From the NCBI GenBank assembly GCA_951406725.2, contig OX597814.1, positions 95,170,001-95,234,000 of the forward strand: a DNA stretch of 64,000 bases, read 5' to 3'. Below the pieces are notes generated by a model that worked only from the letters and a program-made list of their open reading frames with translations, did not search any database and was not told the DNA's origin. The position numbers were made by a program, and so were the translations under genes. Source of the DNA: Octopus vulgaris. Its lineage: Eukaryota. Below are positions 39,704 through 53,817 of this stretch, one piece after another (within the stretch, counting starts at the first letter, position 1; each line of letters opens with the position of its first letter).

Positions 39704-40241
39704 CATCGTCATCATCATCATCCTTATCATTTAATGTCCATTTTCCATGCTGGCATTGGCTGGATGGTTTGACATGGAGCTGGCCAGGTGGGGAGCTGTC
39801 CAGACTCCAAATGTATGTTGTGACATGGTTTCAACAGCTGGATAACCTTCCTAATGCCATCCTCTTTACAGAGTGTACTGGGTGCTTTTTACGGTGCATG
39901 GCTTAGTGGTTAGGGTATTGCACTCACAATTAAGAGATTGTTGTTTTGATTCCAGACCAGACATTGCATTGTGTTCTTGAGCAAAACACTCTATTTCGCA
40001 TTGCTCTGTGTCCATTTCATCATCTGACATGTGGCATATCGTGCACCTGTCAATTTGATGCAAGGAGTGAGTTATGTGCAGCACAAAGATGGTTTAATAC
40101 ATACATACATACATACATACATACGTGTATGTGTGTGTGTATGCATTTACTTATACACACAGACATGTGCATGCACACACACACTCTCTCTCACATGCAC
40201 ATACACATACACAAACATACACACACACATATATATAACAT

Positions 40242-40471
40242 AAGGTGGCGAGCTGGCAGAAACATTAGCGCACTGGGCGAAATGCTTAGCGGTATTTCGT
40301 CTGCCGCTACTTTCTGAGTTCAAATTCCGCCGAGGTCAACTTTGCCTTTCATCCTTTCAGGGTCGATAAATTAAGTACCAGTTACGTACTGGGGTCGATG
40401 TAATAGACTTAATCCATTTGTCAGTCCTTGTTTGTCCCCTCTATGTTTAGCCCCTTGTGGGTAGTAAAGAA
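40242..40471 (+). mobile_element. SINE family D (Meta-domain-like), well preserved
   Basis: GGCGAGCTGGCAGAAAC...GAGTTCAAATTCC...GTCAACTTTGCCTTTCATCCTTTCAGGGTCGATAAATTAAGTACC. Other copies at 1430-1611(-), 14440-14660(-), 26627-26822(-), 52550-52950(-). Confidence 0.82.
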
Positions 40472-41016
40472 ATATATATAACATATATTATAATATAATA
40501 CATTATATTATATAATATAATAAATATATACACATAATAAATTATATTATATATAAAATGAACTTTTAACTGGCAAGGAAATGCATTTGTCTCAAGTATA
40601 ACAGGACATGACCACAAGTCAGTGTAAGCTTAGACTGTTTGTTTAACTGAGAAGGTTACAAATGATGGTTGCTTTAAATGATGATGTATAGCTGTCTGTT
40701 ATTAACTTGGATTTGCAGGTTAAAAAGTCAACAAACAATAATGTACTCCTCTGCCAGTTAATTGGTTCACAAGATTGATGAGAATAAGCAGCATGAACTA
40801 TACAGACTAATAGCTTATAATTCTAATGGCTTATAATACCTATATGTATACGTGTCTATATATGTTAGTGTGTGTGTGTGTGTATTCATATGTATGTATG
40901 TGTGTATGTATGTGCATATCTATTATAATTTCATCCTGCATGGCAGACTGACTGCACTCATAGACTTTTTATTAACAGTCAAAACATATTCTCAGTATTC
41001 CATGTGCATTGCTTAA

Positions 41017-41048
<32 letters not shown>

Positions 41049-41264
41049 ACATAAACGCACACCTTCGTTCATTCATTTTTGTGTCCACTTTTCCATGCTT
41101 GCATGGGTTGGATTGAACTCATTGAGGCAGAGTTTCTATGGTCTGGTGTCCTTCCTGTTGGTAACCTAAACTGTTTCAAAGTAAGGAATATTTCTCTATG
41201 CCCAGACGTGCTTTCACAGAAGATTGGAAACAAAGGAACACTACTTGTTGTCTGCCCATGGGTA

Positions 41265-41512
41265 CTTACTATAATCTGATGATCTCACTTTTATAGCAGA
41301 ATCTGTAGCAGAAACGGAAAAGAAATTCCAGGTATGGAAGCAAAACCTGGAATCAAAAGATCTTAATGTTAATCTAACAAAGACCAAAGTTGTAGTTAGC
41401 ATGTAAGTGGGCAAGACACTCCTTCCATCTTCATAAGTTGGAAAGCTGTTAAAAAGAATTCTATTCAATGCACCCAGTACAAGCTGTGGACACATAAGGA
41501 GCATAATCAACA
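41265..41512 (+). mobile_element. RTE reverse transcriptase fragment
   Basis: ..DDLTFIAESVAETEKKFQVWKQNLESKDLNVNLTKTKVVVS, the region following YADD in RTE RT. Confidence 0.75.
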
Positions 41513-41697
41513 AGTTTCAGAGATGCAAATTTCACTCACAAAGCTTGAGTCAACTTGAGGGTATATGGTAGATGATGTCAATATAGGATGCCATAATCCA
41601 CACAGTGGAACCAAATCTCTAACCATGAGGTTCCCAACAGAACTTCTTAACCACACAGCCATACCTGCACCTAAATATACATATGAGCATGCACGTA

Positions 41698-41738
<41 letters not shown>

Positions 41739-42619
41739 GTTTTTGCAAAACATACTTGATGAAATTACAATATTTGAAGAAAAATCTTAAAAGTTATTCA
41801 ATATTGTAGAGGTACATGGCTTAGCGGCTAGGGTGTTGGACTCATGATTGTAAGATTGTAGTTTCAATTCCTGGACCAGGTGATATAATGTGATTTCAAG
41901 AAAAATACTTCATTTCACATTGCTCCAGTCCACTCAACTGGCAAAAATGAGTAATCCTGCAATGAATGGACATCACATCCAAGTGGAGAATGTGTACACT
42001 ATGGAAACTTGGAAACCGACTCTATGAGTCTGACTTGAGAAGGAACTTTTTTTCACTATTCAAATGGATTCACCATGTGAGAGTGCATAAAGAACAAATT
42101 AAGAATTCATCCCTTAGAAATGTCCCATGTAATAGACATCTAGACATTTGTGCAAGTGGAAAATTCAAAATACTTGCTTTATTTTTTTTTTTCAAAATAA
42201 AGGAAACTGGTCCCCTATGAATGGTAAAAAAAGAATACTTTATAAAAATTCTAAATCCAAAACTAAACTGGAAATAGCCGACACCATTACTAAAAACAAC
42301 TTCATCTATATGGATTTGAAGTAAGATAATATCATTCAATCAATTAAGGAATAAGACATCAGTTAAATAACGCTTTATTTTTCATATACTACAGTGAGTT
42401 ACTACAGATTATTCCATAACACATGCGGTTGAACAACTGAGCAATGAAAGTGCTTACATATAACATGAAAATTTCATTCCAAAAGGATTGTGTCAGTCTG
42501 CTGTTTTTTTTTTTTTTGTAAGAATCTTTAAAACAGCTAAAAACTTTTAACAAAATCAATCAATCAGTCGGACAAACAGACAAGAGAACAAATGAACAAA
42601 CAAAATACAAACAAAATAA

Positions 42620-42666
<47 letters not shown>

Positions 42667-42879
42667 AACACACACATGGGCTTTTCAACAGTCCCTGTCT
42701 ACTAAGTTTCACTCACAAGGCATTGGTCAGCATGAGGTAGAAGCCACAGACTGGAATTGAACGTAGAACCACATCATTACAAATTGAATTTTCTTAACCA
42801 CACAGCCATGTTTTTGCTCATTATGCAATAAGGAACTACTGTTATTGACTGGTTTCCTAACACCAATATTAATTACTAA

Positions 42880-43250
42880 AGACTCTTCAGAAAGAATCCC
42901 AAGATAATGATGGACCAAATGACAACATCCTTGATGCAAAGCTAATATAGGGAAAAGTAAACTTCACAGTAATGCAGTCTGGTTTTGTTCTAGGATGTGA
43001 AACTACATATGTTTTTATTTCTGGCGAGATAACTGCGGGAAGACTATTTGGAGAAGAACAAATAAACCCCACACCTTGCATTTGTTGATATAAGAAAAGT
43101 TGTTCCATAGGGGTTCCAAAATCTTTAGTAAGTTGGAAAATCTTGATGCTAGATGTGGAGAAATGGCTTGTGCAAGGATTAAACAAGTGTGTGCCAAAAC
43201 TAGCATTGGGGAACAAGTGAACTCAAGCAATGAATATTTATGGTTTGGGA
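42880..43250 (+). mobile_element. Highly decayed RTE reverse transcriptase fragment
   Basis: Remnants QSGFVLGCETT, HLAFVDIRK, FHR.VPK and LDVEKWLVQ correspond to QFGF..G..TT, AFVDL.KAFDRVP and LGV.EWLV. Confidence 0.65.
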
Positions 43251-43680
43251 GGGCAGTTGTTATGGTTCTGCTTTTCAGCTATTTTCTATTCCTTCTGTCA
43301 CTAGAAGCAACAATGGCATTTGGAACTGGTTGGAGGAAAAGGAGGAAAAGTGAACCATGTGACATTACTCACACAGAAACACACACGTATATGTATGTGT
43401 GTGTGTATACATACACACACACACATATATATAATATCCAAGAACATGTGTGTTTCAAAAGACAATCGAAAGCACTCACACACACTTGAAAGAAACTTCT
43501 GGTTAGTGACATTCTGATGAAAGTTAGTGAAGTTCTGTTAAAGAATTTACAACTTTTTTTTAAATAATTTTTTTTTAATCTTTTTTTTATACTTAGTAAA
43601 ACTGTTGTTTCACAAAGACTTTTAAATATGTGTGTGTGTGTGTGTGTATACACATCAATATATATATATATATATATATA

Positions 43681-45445
43681 CTAGTAGTAGTACCCAGCGT
43701 TGCACAGGTCTTAATAAATTACCATTCAACTGCGGAAAGATGAGGCCTTACACTTGAGGTTTTACCACGTTCGCGCAATGCTCTTCAGATTTCAAACCTT
43801 ACTCCTCAGCCCAGCACAGATTAGAACCATACACACTTGTGGAATGCTTTTAAGGCCCATTGTGAGGCCAACGGTTTAGAAACACCTTTCCTAAGGGCTC
43901 ACTGTCTGGCATCACTCTGAAAGCGATTATCACAGACTTGTAACATTTGGGAAGATTGAGCTGCAGCAGTGTTTGCAGCATCCATTGTCCAACGTCTATG
44001 GCACTGTTCCTCATTCTCCTCGGCATGTGCATGTGGCATGTGCATGCGGCATTAGCAGCTCGGTGACGTTTCCACTGGGGACTTGTTTCAGAAGCTCTTG
44101 CAGAAGCAGTAGATGCAGCATTAGCAGATTGGTAGCTTCCTCTGTCTCTGAAGCTCGAGCAGCTGCCATTGAAGAAGTATTCACGGTTCGGCAAGTTCTG
44201 CGTTGGTCTTCGGCTTCTGCAGCACAAGCAGTCGCAGATAAGATGGTAATAGTGGCCAGGTGAGTGTTTCACTGGTCATCTGTTTCAAGAGCTCTTCTGG
44301 TGGCCACATGTTCAGCAGCTTGTGACTGATGGATGGTAGTCTCCAACGACGATTCTGAAGATTGATTTCATCTTGATTCTTCTGCTTTAGCAGTATTTCG
44401 GCCAATGGTGAACCTCTTCCATTGTAGCATGACCTAAAAAGGGAGGTTGAGGAACACTTAGCTCCAGACAGAAGGATAAAAGCAAGCGGCTGACAGGATA
44501 TGTAAGTTTTAATGAAATATGTATGCGGGTATGAAGCCATAAGTACGTCTTAGTGGAGATATATCCATAAGGTGATTTAGTAGCAGTACGGTAAGCTGTG
44601 TTGCAATGGGAGCTGGCAATGAATCACATCACTTCTCAAGGGGGCGATTAACATGTTTTCCACTATCTGCATTCGTAAGCGGATGTCAATTGTAGTTTGT
44701 TCTATGCTGGAATAAAAACATGAATGCGAATTGTCAACAGATAATGTCTAGCAGCTGTACCGTGAAACCTGAGATAACGTTGCTTATCGATTCGCGAGGT
44801 AGAGGTATTTGTCAAAAGTCCTTCCACCTAGTTTGTCAATGAGAGGTGGTACTTTATGAATGTGTTCCAACGGCATGAGGTGAAATGGCAAGGAGCAACA
44901 GAGGATGTAATAACAATTTTGTGACTTACTAACTGCAGCTGGATTAAAGGAGGAAGGGATAGGTTTGAGAGGATAGGTTGCAGTGGAAACATTGGAGCAG
45001 GATTGTGACTGGTGTTAGTGTAAACAAAAGTGGGGTTTTAAGTAAGATGCAGTAGCATAAATAAATCTGAATAATCTGGTGCCACATCAAATGCTGGACC
45101 AATAAACATATTGATTAAGTGGTACACAGCTTCATTGTGCTTCTGTAGTTCAGTTTCAGTCTTCCAGTCATCTGCTGAGTACCGTGACACCATGAAACTC
45201 TTTGGGTCAAACTGCAAATGTGTACCAAGTTTGGTTGAAATCGGATGACTTTTTGAAAAAAATCGATAATTATCGATTGAGTTTTTGCGAAAACCGAACA
45301 TTGATTGAAGCAGTTGTTATGACTAAAACATGCCTTGGAACATACCAAATGCATGTCTGAAATTTCAATCAAATCGGTTAGGTGGAACTCGAATTATAAA
45401 CCTTTGAACTTGCACACACTCATGTACACATACACACTACACACT

Positions 45446-45476
<31 letters not shown>

Positions 45477-45508
45477 TTCTGTTATATATATATATATATA
45501 TATATAGA
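43681..45508 (-). mobile_element. Non-autonomous Helitron (about 1.83 kb)
   Basis: On the minus strand: 5' A|TC(TA)n start at 45508, 3' CTAG|T end at 43681, and a GC-rich hairpin (43692-43709) about 7 nt before CTAG. The interior has degenerate RALET/RASET..R repeats (STPR-like) and CxxC..GKV remnants typical of RepHel N-termini. No Rep or helicase motifs seen. Confidence 0.8.
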
Positions 45509-46368
45509 TACACACACATGTATACAGAGTGAGAGAAATAGGAGAGGAGAAGAAGAGAGTGAGAGAAAGTGATAGAGTGCAGTAGTATGTTATCAGCAAA
45601 CTGAGGTGTCCAGCAGTGGTTGTGAAATTCAGGTAGGATCCATTTTATTTATAACTGAAGAGGGGTGAGTTAACATCCGGGATTCTCAAATTGACAAATA
45701 TCAACCCTGGCCCTATAAAAATATATGATCTTTTGTATGCTCACCCCCGGCCCCAACCTTTCTCTTTATTCATGGCAAAATGAAATAAGGCTTGCATCTA
45801 TATAAATTTTCTTCCTTGAATGTATTAAGCATGGCAATTTAGCTTCTCCCTTTGAAACCCTTAAGGGCATCCCCTATGAAAAACATTGGGCTAACTTTTA
45901 TGATGTGGTGAGTTATTCCACGACCACAAAAAATTCTGACCTAAATGCCATGCAAAATTTCAGACTGGGGCAAACAGAATAATAATAATGATGATGATGG
46001 TGGTGGGGGCGGCAGCAACGGCGATGGCAATGATGAAGATGATGATAATGATGACGATGATGATAACTGAGTACTAACATAATGCAATGAGCAAAAAATT
46101 GTCAGATCGATTACACACAACTGAAATAACAAGGGTTCATCATCATCATTTTAACATTCACTTTGTCATGCTTGCATGAATCAGAATTTATTTGGGTAGA
46201 TTTTTCTATAGTCTGACACTCTTCCTGTTACCAACTCTTACTTGTTTCTGAACAAGGTAATATTTCCTCACAGCCTGACATTTTCATAGAATATTGGAAA
46301 TGAATGACACCACTTGTATGACAATGATATTCATTTACAACTACCATGTGATGTCAAGACAAGGAGAC

Positions 46369-46429
<61 letters not shown>

Positions 46430-47307
46430 CACTTGCATGCATGCACATATGCATGCACGTGCACACACACACACACATACATACATACACATGACAAACT
46501 TCTTTCAGTTTCCATCAACCAAATTTACAAGTCTTTGGCTGGCCCAGGGCTATAGTAGAAAATACTTGCCCAAGGTGCCACACAGTAGGATTGAACCTGG
46601 AACCACATGGCTGGGAAGCAGACTTCTTAACCACACAGCACACTGAACTTAACATATAAGCAGTCAGCACATGTATATCATCCAAAGCTAAAACATGGTT
46701 TAATACTTTCCATTTATAGTCAATCAACCTATTATCAAACATTCATAGTCAATTACTTTGTCTTACTATGACTAGACATATCCATCAATGGATAAGCAGC
46801 CTTAGTGTTTTCTAAATAAAATCAGCAGGATCTGAACTCCTCTTATGCTTACACCTACTTGCAGAATTAAACTGAAAGCTAGCAAAATACTTGTTATTCT
46901 CACAACACTACAGCTAATTAGAGCTGTATGTTAATACAAATCTATAGTACCCGCTTACATCAAGGTGGGCTAGGCTTTTTGAGACGTAAGTACTCAGATC
47001 AGAAACATGATGGAACTATTGGTTACAGAATACAAACTGCTAATCCCCTCAGTTGGTTTCTGCTATCTACAAATTGAACCATCTATACTCAAGAATTGAC
47101 ATATATATTTATATATGTATGTGCGTGTGTTTGTGTGTGTGAGAGTATGTGTATGTTTGTGTCCCCTTGTTTTGACTTCATGTGATTGTAGTAAATGTAT
47201 GATATTCATTCTCAATATTGTGCAGAAACATGTCTGACCAAGGGGAAAATATTACCCTGATGGAAACAAATAAAAGTTGGTGACAGCATAGAAACAATCT
47301 GCCTTAA

Positions 47308-47527
47308 CCCTTTCATTACCAACCCGGCTGAAACCACCTCTGGATCTGAGTACAAATGTCTTGTTTTCATAAGTTTTGAATTCAAATCTTCCACCAAACT
47401 TTAGTCACAATTTACGTTCCTAACACTAACTGAATGATGGCTAAGTTATTTTACTAAATTCTTTGTTATATTTAAAGTAATTGAAAAAAACACAGAGCAT
47501 CTCAAAATAAATACAGTAACAAAAGGG
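47308..47527. mobile_element. piggyBac-like MITE, family 2 (inserted in an older SINE)
   Basis: TTAA|CCCTTTCATTACC ... GTAACAAAAGGG|TTAA, 220 bp. Confidence 0.88.
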
Positions 47528-47833
47528 TTAATAAACACTGCAAGCCTGGAAAAGTGGACATTAAAACAATGATGATGATGATGAGTTTATTACATGTCTA
47601 CAGGGTCCAATTTTTTGTTTTTGTTTTGGGGGTTTTCTTTTAGTTTTATTTTTTTAAAAGAAAGGTGCAGGTGGATCAAATGTCCTTATATAACTAGTAT
47701 TTGTTTTTATCAACCCTGGCAAGAGAAATGAAAAATGAATTTTATCAAGATTTGAAATCTGTAATAAAACTACGTTCTATAAAGCATTTTAGTCTTGGCA
47801 TTCAACTGGTCCAACAATATTCATTATCCTTAA

Positions 47834-48053
47834 CCCATTTGATACCAACCTGGCTGAAACCACCTCTGGCTCTGTAGTACAAATATCGTATTCATGAATT
47901 TTGAATTAAAATCTTCCACCAAACATTAGTCACAGTTTATGTTCCTAACACAAGCTTAGTGATAACTAAGTTATTTCACTAAATTCTTTGTAATATTTAA
48001 AATTAATTGAAAGAAACACAGAGCATCTCAAGATAAATATGGTAACAAAAGGG
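47834..48053. mobile_element. piggyBac-like MITE, family 2
   Basis: TTAA|CCCATTTGATACC ... GGTAACAAAAGGG|TTAA, 220 bp. Confidence 0.88.
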
Positions 48054-48224
48054 TTAAGCATCAAAATATTAATACACAAAACATTCTGCAGAAAGCAAGA
48101 CAAATTTTGAAACATCAAGAAATGAATAAAAAAATGAACATAGTGTTTTCCAAGTGTTAAATGACTAAAGTGGTTCTCCAGCATTGCAATTGTTGTGTGT
48201 GTGTGTGGGGGGGGGGGGTGTATT

Positions 48225-48457
48225 CTTTTATTCTTTTACTTATTTCAGTCATTTGACTGCAACCATGCTGGAACACCACCTTGAAGGGTTTTAGTCAAAC
48301 AAATCAGCCCCAGGACTTATTTCTTTTAAGCCTAGTACTTATTCTGTTGGGTTCTTTTGTAGAACTGCTAGGTTACAAGGACATAAACACACCAACAGTG
48401 GTTGCAAAGCAGTGATGGCGGGACAAACACAAAGACATGCACAAATGGACACACACA

Positions 48458-48518
<61 letters not shown>

Positions 48519-48675
48519 ATGACAGGTTTCTTTCAGTTTCCATCTAGTAAATCCACTTACAAGGGTTTGGTCGGCTCAAGGCTAAAGTAGAAGACACTTG
48601 CCCCAAGGTTCCACGCAGTGGGACTGAACCTGGAACAATATAGTTGGGAAGCAAGCTTCCTACCATACAGCCACG
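48225..48675 (-). mobile_element. tRNA-SINE family A, near full length
   Basis: Reverse complement of family A with a central (CA)n. Confidence 0.85.
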
Positions 48676-48777
48676 TCACATATATATATATTGTTATACT
48701 TGGAGATGGTCATATTTATTGGATTTTCCCTTTAGTTTTATTTTTATTATTTTTAGTTTATTTTAGTTTATAAACTA

Positions 48778-48829
<52 letters not shown>

Positions 48830-48961
48830 GTAAAGCTGAAGTGAAGTTCAAATAAGCAGTCTTTGTTTAATTGGCAAAAGATGACCATCCCCAAGTATAA
48901 CAATATCCATTTCAACATACATCAAAAATCTTGCAAAATACATACGTAAACACACACACAC

Positions 48962-48996
<35 letters not shown>

Positions 48997-50004
48997 TGTG
49001 TGCGTGTGTATGTGTGTGTATTTGTGTATGTGTGTTTGTGTGTGTGTGTATGTGCGCATGTTCTGGTCAGAACATGTTTTAGTCCAAAAGGATGGAGAGA
49101 CTTCACTGTTTCATTGCTTAACACAGGCCATGTAAGTCAAACACAACATATCTTTCTTAAACAGAGACAACTGTACCTGACTTGATAGTGAAAATTGACA
49201 TTTAGCTTAAACTTTAGTTTCTTTATTTTCATGGTTTTTGTGTTGGTTTTTCGTATTGCCATGTGTCATATAATGCACAAGTGAATATGTTTTTCTTAGG
49301 TGTGTACTGGGAGGGGAATGTGCTTAACTTGTTAGAAGAGGTCAACAAATGGGTTAAATTTAGGTTGGTTTTATGTGCTAAATATTTTGATACTCAGGCA
49401 CAGACATGGATGGCTGTGTGGTTAAAAAGTTTGCTTCCCAGCTATGTGGTCTTGGGTTCAGTCTCACTGCATGGCACCTTGGGCAAGTGTCTTCTACTAT
49501 GGCTATAGGCTGACTTAAGACCTGTGAGTGAATAGAGTAGACAGAAACTGAAAGAAGCTGTCATATGTGTGTGTGTGTGTGTGTATGAGAGAGAGAGAGA
49601 AAGAGAGAAAGAGAGAGAGAGATGGTTTGTAAATGTGCATTAGCATCATACAAGTAGGGTTGATCATTTCCTGTCTTCCATGAAAAATATGTCTATATTA
49701 ACCATGCTTGGAAACAGGTGAAAATTGGTGACAGAAAAGGAATCTAGCTATAGAAAATCTACCTCAACAAATTCCATCTGACCCATGCAAGCTTGGAAAA
49801 GTGTGGATATTAAAAAAAAATAAAAAATAAAAAATAATAATAATAATAATAATAATAAAACACATAATTTTCTTATGGTTTCTTAAACATTCTCTAGAAC
49901 AACACCATGTACAAAACCAAATATTTGGCACCCTAGGCATAACACCAATATGAACTTCCAACTTGTTGTCTCTTGAGTGAGACTTGGAGCCAACTTGTAC
50001 AAAT

Positions 50005-50053
<49 letters not shown>

Positions 50054-50081
<28 letters not shown>

Positions 50082-50215
50082 AAGAAGAAGAAGAAGAAGA
50101 AGAAGAAGAAGAAGAAGAAGAAGAAGAAGAAGAAGAAGAAGAAGAAGAAGAAGAAGAAGAAGAAGAAGAAGAAGAAGAAGAAGAAGAAGAAGAAGAAGAA
50201 GAAGAAGAAGAAGAA
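50054..50215 (+). repeat. (GAA)54 pure tract following (TAA)n
   Basis: Uninterrupted GAA triplets. Confidence 0.97.
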
Positions 50216-50820
50216 AGACGACTCTATATATCAGCAGCACATTTTTGGTTAGAGGCATGACAAGGGTTTTGCTCTCATTTTTAAAATGTGGTTGGGTGGA
50301 GTCAAAACCCTGAGTTTTTCAGTTTCACATACTTGACAGTGATCACCATAGCTTTAGCATGCTTTATTTTTTTTATTTCCTTTTATATTGGGCACATGGC
50401 CTGGTGGTTAGGGAGCTGGGTACATGGCTATTAGATTGTGGATTTGGTTCTTGGATTAGACAGTGCATTGCATCTTTGAGTAAGCACTTCATTTCATGTT
50501 GCTTTAGCCCACTCAGATAATAATGAGTGCCAGTTAGCCTTGTGACTAAGTGGCATCCAATTCAAGGAGCCTAGGACATTTACCCCACATGGACAATAAC
50601 ACCCCCCCCCCCACTGGACAATTACCCCTGAGGACAACAGATGGTGATTTAAAACTTCTTAATATATTGGAAACAGGGTAATTAACCAAGGAGGGTAATT
50701 GTCATCGGCAGGTAATTGTCCTGATACAAATTCAAGAAATACAGTTCTATATTTAAGAGATGAGGAATTATGTACATTATTTACATTCAACAGATATTTG
50801 TACTCATCTTATTTGTTGTT

Positions 50821-50866
50821 AACACAACATTTCGGCTGATATACCCTCCAGCCTTCTTCAGGTGTC
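50821..50866 (-). ncRNA. Minimal type I hammerhead motif
   Basis: GACAC-CTGAAGA-A-GGCTG(GAGGGTATAT)CAGCC-GAAAT-GTT|GTGTT. Perfect 5-bp stem II. GAAAT probably derives from GAAAC (palindromic AACGTT helix III). Confidence 0.75.
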
Positions 50867-50958
50867 TTGGGGAAATTTACCTTAGGAATGAGAACCTTAC
50901 CTTAAGGTATGAAAATCATACCTTAGGAATGAGAACCCAAGAATATATATATGTATAC

Positions 50959-51060
50959 TTTATTGAAAAGCAGCAAAAATATCACAAAAACTGTTACTCA
51001 GTGTTTCATGCTCCTGTTCGACAAACAGTTTCTGTGATATTTTTGCTGCTTTTCAATAAA
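50959..51060 (-). ncRNA. Decayed hammerhead enclosed by an approximately 35-bp stem I
   Basis: Arms TTTATTGAAAAGCAGCAAAAATATCACAAAAACTGT / ACAGTTTCTGTGATATTTTTGCTGCTTTTCAATAAA (1 mismatch). They enclose minus-strand TTGTCGA-ACAGGAGCAT-GAAAC-ACTGA-GTA. Confidence 0.6.
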
Positions 51061-51326
51061 GCATATTACTCTACTGGTATTCAAGTACTATTTTTTCCAC
51101 CTTGTATTGTATTTATGCGCTTACTCCGGCATATATATTATTTATATTATTATATATATATAGATAGACAGACAGACAAGGGTTGAAAGTTTTGTGCATT
51201 AAACTCTCAGCCCCTGAGTCACACTGTTGCTTCTGCTAAATATTAATAAAAAAATTATATATATATACTTATGTTTTGAGTTCTATTTTTTATCTGCATC
51301 ACCAAATCTCTCTCTCTCTCTCACTT

Positions 51327-51382
<56 letters not shown>

Positions 51383-51872
51383 AATACATACATACACATA
51401 AATTTATACACATATATATGTATGTAATATGTACATATATATATATGCATATGTATTTATGCATACAAACATATATATATATATATATCTGCACACACAC
51501 CTATATAATGAAGAAAGGCATCAGTGCACAGCACCAGAAAAACAAAAAACATGCCTTTAACATTTATTATTATGTATTAGAATTTCCTAATCAACTTATT
51601 AGAATATTAGAATTTTCTAATCAATTTATTTAGTCAGTTGTTTATGAGTTTATTTTATCTTTCAGAACAAAAGGGGGAAACATTACTCCGGAAATGTTTC
51701 CAGAATACCACCAATAAGTTGATAACATAACTATTTATTTCTCAGAATGATAAGGGAAGGAAAAAAAAAGTCATTGTTAATGTTATATAATGAAGAAGGA
51801 AAAAGGAACTGGAGAATGAATAGAGAAGAACAATCCAAACAAATGAATAGAATCTATTCACAAAATTAAATA

Positions 51873-51920
<48 letters not shown>

Positions 51921-52052
51921 ATGATGATGATGATAGATTAATAAATAAATGAATAATCTTTTTATTATTCGCAAGGGCTCAAAGTGATGTAATAAAATAT
52001 AATGAATGTTGAATAGGAGACTTACAATTACATGTGGAATGGGACAGACAAA

Positions 52053-52125
52053 TTATACATAGAGATGTGGGGAGGGTGGAAGCTGTTATACATAGAGATG
52101 TGGGGAGGGTGGAAGCTGTTATACA
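52053..52125. repeat. Exact 33-bp tandem duplication
   Basis: TTATACATAGAGATGTGGGGAGGGTGGAAGCTG twice, plus TTATACA. Confidence 0.95.
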
Positions 52126-52406
52126 ATGACTATGGGAATGAATTTAAAAATTACAAAAGAACACAGGAGCATGGAATGAATAAAAGAAGCACAATAATTA
52201 AAACAAGATATAATTTAGATAGAAAAATACATGGGAAACATTCAGGGTTTCTTGCCTGAGAAACTACTGGTTAGGTCTCTCTAACCAGCTTGTATTGTAA
52301 CCTTGTACATTCAAATGTGCCCGCTAATATTTTCTAAGTGGAATAGGGATAAGAAACAACCCATGTCTTCAGAATACACTTGCTTAAGTTCACTGAAATA
52401 TTTGTC

Positions 52407-52554
<148 letters not shown>

Positions 52555-53782
52555 GTTTCAAATTTTGCCACAAGGGCAGCAATTTTGGTGGAGGGGATAA
52601 GTTGATTACATCGACCCCAGTGTTTCACTAGCACTTATTTTATCGACCGTGAAAGGATGAAAGGTAAAGTCAACATCAGTACAATTTGAACTCAGAACGT
52701 AGAGATGGACAAAATGCCACTAAGTATTTTGCTTGGCATGGTAACAATTCTGCCAGCTCACTCCCTTAAAAAATTACAACAATGATGATAATGATAATGA
52801 TGATGATTTCAAATTTTGGCACGAGGCCAGCAATTTCAGGGGAGGGGTAAGACATTTACATTGATCCCAGTACTTCACTGGTACATATTTTTATCAACCC
52901 CAAAAGGATGAAAGGCAAAAGTCAATCTCGGTGGAATTTGAACTCAGAATGTTGTAGTAGTAGTAGTAGTAGTAGTAACTCTCTATTTGCCATAAGAGCA
53001 ACATAAAAGCAAAATATTAGATTGCCTTAATAATCATTAAAATTTGGTGGGATACATGTATTAACCACAAGGCGGAAAAAGCAAAATGCATTATAATGTA
53101 GAATTACATACAAACATACAGAGTAGATACCCCCCACACACACATACACACACACACACATTTGTGTATACCAAGAATAGATTTTCTTTGAAATATAATA
53201 TTCTTTATTGTTCACTTTTATCTTTTTTTATTATAGATTTTTGTTTTGCATATTTCCTTATTAGTTCTTTCAATTTGGTTTGGAACAATAAAGTTTCTAT
53301 GCCCATTGATGGTTCTAGACCCTCCCAGTCTTATCTCATGGATGAGGGGGTTATTGGTGGCATTTTTTATTACCATTTTAATCATGCCAATAACACATGC
53401 ACACATATATATCACATATGTGTGTGTGTGTGTTTATGTACGTGTGTCTGTGTTTGTGTGTTTGTATATACATATATATATCGAGAGAGAGAGAGAGATG
53501 TATGCTTGTATGTGTATGTATATATATAAGAAAGAAAGAAAGAAAGACAGAAAAAAAGAAACATATAAGAGTGTATGTTTGTGTGACTGTAGCTACATAC
53601 TTATGTATATGTGTATGTATGCATGTATGTGTATGTATATATAAAAGAAAATGAAAGAAAAATGAAAAGAATGAATGAGCGAAAGAAAGAAAGAATGAAT
53701 GAATGAATGAAGTAAAGAAAGAATGAATGATAGAAAGAAAGAAAGAAAAGAAAGATAGAAAAAAGAAAGAAAGAAAGAAAAA

Positions 53783-53817
<35 letters not shown>

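Noticed and set aside
42845-42893. Hammerhead-like CTGAAGA...GAAAC-CA-GTC on the minus strand
   Set aside because: Stem I is only about 2 bp, the stem II base is unpaired, and it overlaps the edge of a decayed RTE fragment. Probably chance.
43850-44540. Nested host gene (ORFs of 96-140 aa)
   Set aside because: They lie within Helitron ends and are frameshifted pieces of a RepHel-like N-terminus.
49764-50313. Poly-L/K/R/I ORFs (also 20496-21020, 22036-22433, 28543-29016, 52303-52634, 58101-58583)
   Set aside because: Translations of microsatellites with no domain content or splice support.
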